Shown: positions 62,202 to 64,000 of the stretch, in pieces
Layout: the number at the start of each line of letters is the position of its first letter
Numbering within the stretch: position 1 is the stretch's first letter
Source: Nitrosopumilus sp.
GTDB taxonomy: Archaea; Thermoproteota; Nitrososphaeria; Nitrososphaerales; Nitrosopumilaceae
Assembly (NCBI GenBank): GCA_965218785.1
Contig: OZ244650.1
Location: forward strand, 608,001-672,000
Length of the DNA: 64,000 bases
Reading direction: 5' to 3'
Program-made: the position numbers and the translations under genes
Notes under the pieces: model-generated
What the model was told of the DNA's origin: nothing
Databases searched by the model: none
What the model saw: only the letters and a program-made list of their open reading frames with translations

Positions 62202-64000
62202 TTGCCAAAAAACGAGTCGTTAAAGAAAATCCTTGTACTGGGAAGCGGGGCAATCAAAATCGGGGAGGCAGGGGAGTTTGATTATTCTGGAAGCCAGTGC
62301 CTCAAGGCAATACATGAAGACGGATTGAAAAGCGTGTTAATCAATCCAAACATTGCAACGATTCAGACTGATACCAGATTTGCAGACCAGGTGTATCTTC
62401 TTCCAGTCAATCCCGAGTATGTGGAATCCATCATTGAAAAAGAGAGACCCGATGGAGTCATGCTGGCATACGGCGGACAGACTGCATTGAACTGCGGCGT
62501 TAAATTAGATGAATCAGGCATTCTCCAAAAGTATGGCATCTCCGTACTTGGAACCCAGATCAAGGGCATCAAGAGGACTGAAGACAGGCAGCTCTTCAAG
62601 GATTCCATGAAGGAGGCAGGAGTGCCCGTACTCCGGAGTAAGACGGTCACAAACTTTGATGATGCCAAGGGGGCAGCTGAAGAGCTGTGCTATCCTGTAA
62701 TTATCCGGGTGGCATACACGCTTGGCGGACGGGGCGGGGGGGTCGCCCATAATGAAATTGAGCTTCATGAGATAGTCGAGCGTGGCATCAATGCCAGTCT
62801 TGTCGGCCAGGTTCTAATTGAGGAATACATTGGAGATTGGAAACAGATTGAATATGAGGTAATGCAGGACTATGGTGGAAACAACGTAATTGTCTGCAAC
62901 ATGGAAAACGTCCTCTCAATGAAGGTTCATACCGGTGATAACATCGTAGTTGCCCCATCACAAACCATTGACAACCATGAATACCACATGTTGCGTTCTG
63001 CGGCATTACGTGCAACAAAACATGTCGGAATAGTCGGTGAATGCAACATCCAGTATGCGCTGACCACCGATTCTGACAGATATGTTGCAATTGAAATCAA
63101 TCCGCGGCTTTCACGCTCATCGGCTCTTGCCAGCAAGGCAACAGGCTATCCGCTTGCATACATGTCTGCAAAGATCGGGCTGGGATACAATTTATCAGAA
63201 CTGATAAACAGGATTACAAAGTGCACTACGGCGTGTTTTGAGCCATCACTTGACTACATCGTATGCAAGCATCCCAGGTGGGATTTTGCAAAATTTGAAC
63301 TTGTAAACCGGAAACTTGGACCCACAATGAAATCAGTCGGTGAAGTCATGGCAATTGGCAGGACCTTTGAGGAATCACTTCAAAAATCAATCCGCATGCT
63401 CGATATTGGAAATGACGGGCTTGTTCTAAACCGTTCTAATGGAAAAACATACACCGAAGAAGAAATTGAGGACAAACTCTCCCATCATGATGATCAAATC
63501 CTGTATAACGTCGCAATTGCCCTGAAAATGGGGGTGTCAGTCAAGAAAATTTACAAACTCTCCACAATTGATCCCTGGTTTGTTGAAAAGATAAAAAACA
63601 TCGTTGATGTTGAATCAAGACTGAAGGAATCGGATCTTGATGAACCCCTTCTCTGGCATGCCAAAAAGATGGGTTTTTCAGACAAGCAAATTGCCCGCTC
63701 CAAAGGCAAAACCCCTGATGACATACGCGGTCTGCGCAAGAAACTGGGCATCACGCCTTTTGTAAAACAGATCGACACACTTGCTGCCGAATGGCCTGCC
63801 GTTACCAACTACCTGTATCTGACATATGGGGGGGACTCTCATGATATTGAGGTTCCCGCCGATGAGAAGGGAGTCATCGTCATTGGAGCAGGACCCTACA
63901 GAATTGGCAGCAGCGTGGAGTTTGACTGGGGTACTGTCAACATGGTTTGGGGGTTGCAAGAAAACGGTGAAAAAAACATCACAGTAGTAAACTGTAATCC
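62202..64000 (+). CDS. carB: Carbamoyl-phosphate synthase large subunit (runs off the window end)
   Basis: TTG start; KKILVLGSGAIKIGEAGEFDYSGSQ, GGQTALN, EINPRLSRSSALASKATGYP. Confidence 0.97.
   Translation, partial: MPKNESLKKILVLGSGAIKIGEAGEFDYSGSQCLKAIHEDGLKSVLINPNIATIQTDTRFADQVYLLPVNPEYVESIIEKERPDGVMLAYGGQTALNCGVKLDESGILQKYGISVLGTQIKGIKRTEDRQLFKDSMKEAGVPVLRSKTVTNFDDAKGAAEELCYPVIIRVAYTLGGRGGGVAHNEIELHEIVERGINASLVGQVLIEEYIGDWKQIEYEVMQDYGGNNVIVCNMENVLSMKVHTGDNIVVAPSQTIDNHEYHMLRSAALRATKHVGIVGECNIQYALTTDSDRYVAIEINPRLSRSSALASKATGYPLAYMSAKIGLGYNLSELINRITKCTTACFEPSLDYIVCKHPRWDFAKFELVNRKLGPTMKSVGEVMAIGRTFEESLQKSIRMLDIGNDGLVLNRSNGKTYTEEEIEDKLSHHDDQILYNVAIALKMGVSVKKIYKLSTIDPWFVEKIKNIVDVESRLKESDLDEPLLWHAKKMGFSDKQIARSKGKTPDDIRGLRKKLGITPFVKQIDTLAAEWPAVTNYLYLTYGGDSHDIEVPADEKGVIVIGAGPYRIGSSVEFDWGTVNMVWGLQENGEKNITVVNCN

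Noticed and set aside
62363-63959. Minus-strand ORFs at the window end
   Set aside because: Shadows of carB, which the ORF track omits because it is truncated.

Overview
Archaeal chromosome segment whose gene content and sequence style point to an ammonia-oxidising Nitrosopumilaceae (Thaumarchaeota). The serpin, the 4311-aa surface protein, several toxin-antitoxin loci and decayed restriction and IS genes suggest a host-associated lineage such as a sponge symbiont (inference). Core blocks: tRNA-Tyr with intron, aIF5A-dph6-SRP54-pus10, rps27ae/rps24e, apgM, galT, sugar nucleotidyltransferase, thiDN, glycerate kinase, Fe-ADH plus LLM, uvrBAC, blue-copper protein, citrate synthase, RidA, TrmB, ESCRT-III-like/cdvC and carAB. 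Accessory insertions: a frameshifted serpin; an AT-rich P-loop ATPase split by an in-frame TAG and followed by about 780 bp of a 9-bp repeat; a hicBA pair bracketed by two 45-bp strand-asymmetric hairpin direct repeats (cassette-like, the best novel-system candidate); a type III restriction remnant; an SDH/Clp-fold protease with a small partner; a giant adhesin-like gene; and an island with vapBC, an IS481-like remnant and orphan genes. Items missing from the ORF track include a box C/D sRNA predicted to guide Cm34 of tRNA-Met, rps27ae, a 30-aa basic peptide, the truncated carB and a carA N-terminus with no canonical start codon. All calls come from reading the sequence and recognising motifs; no searches were run.
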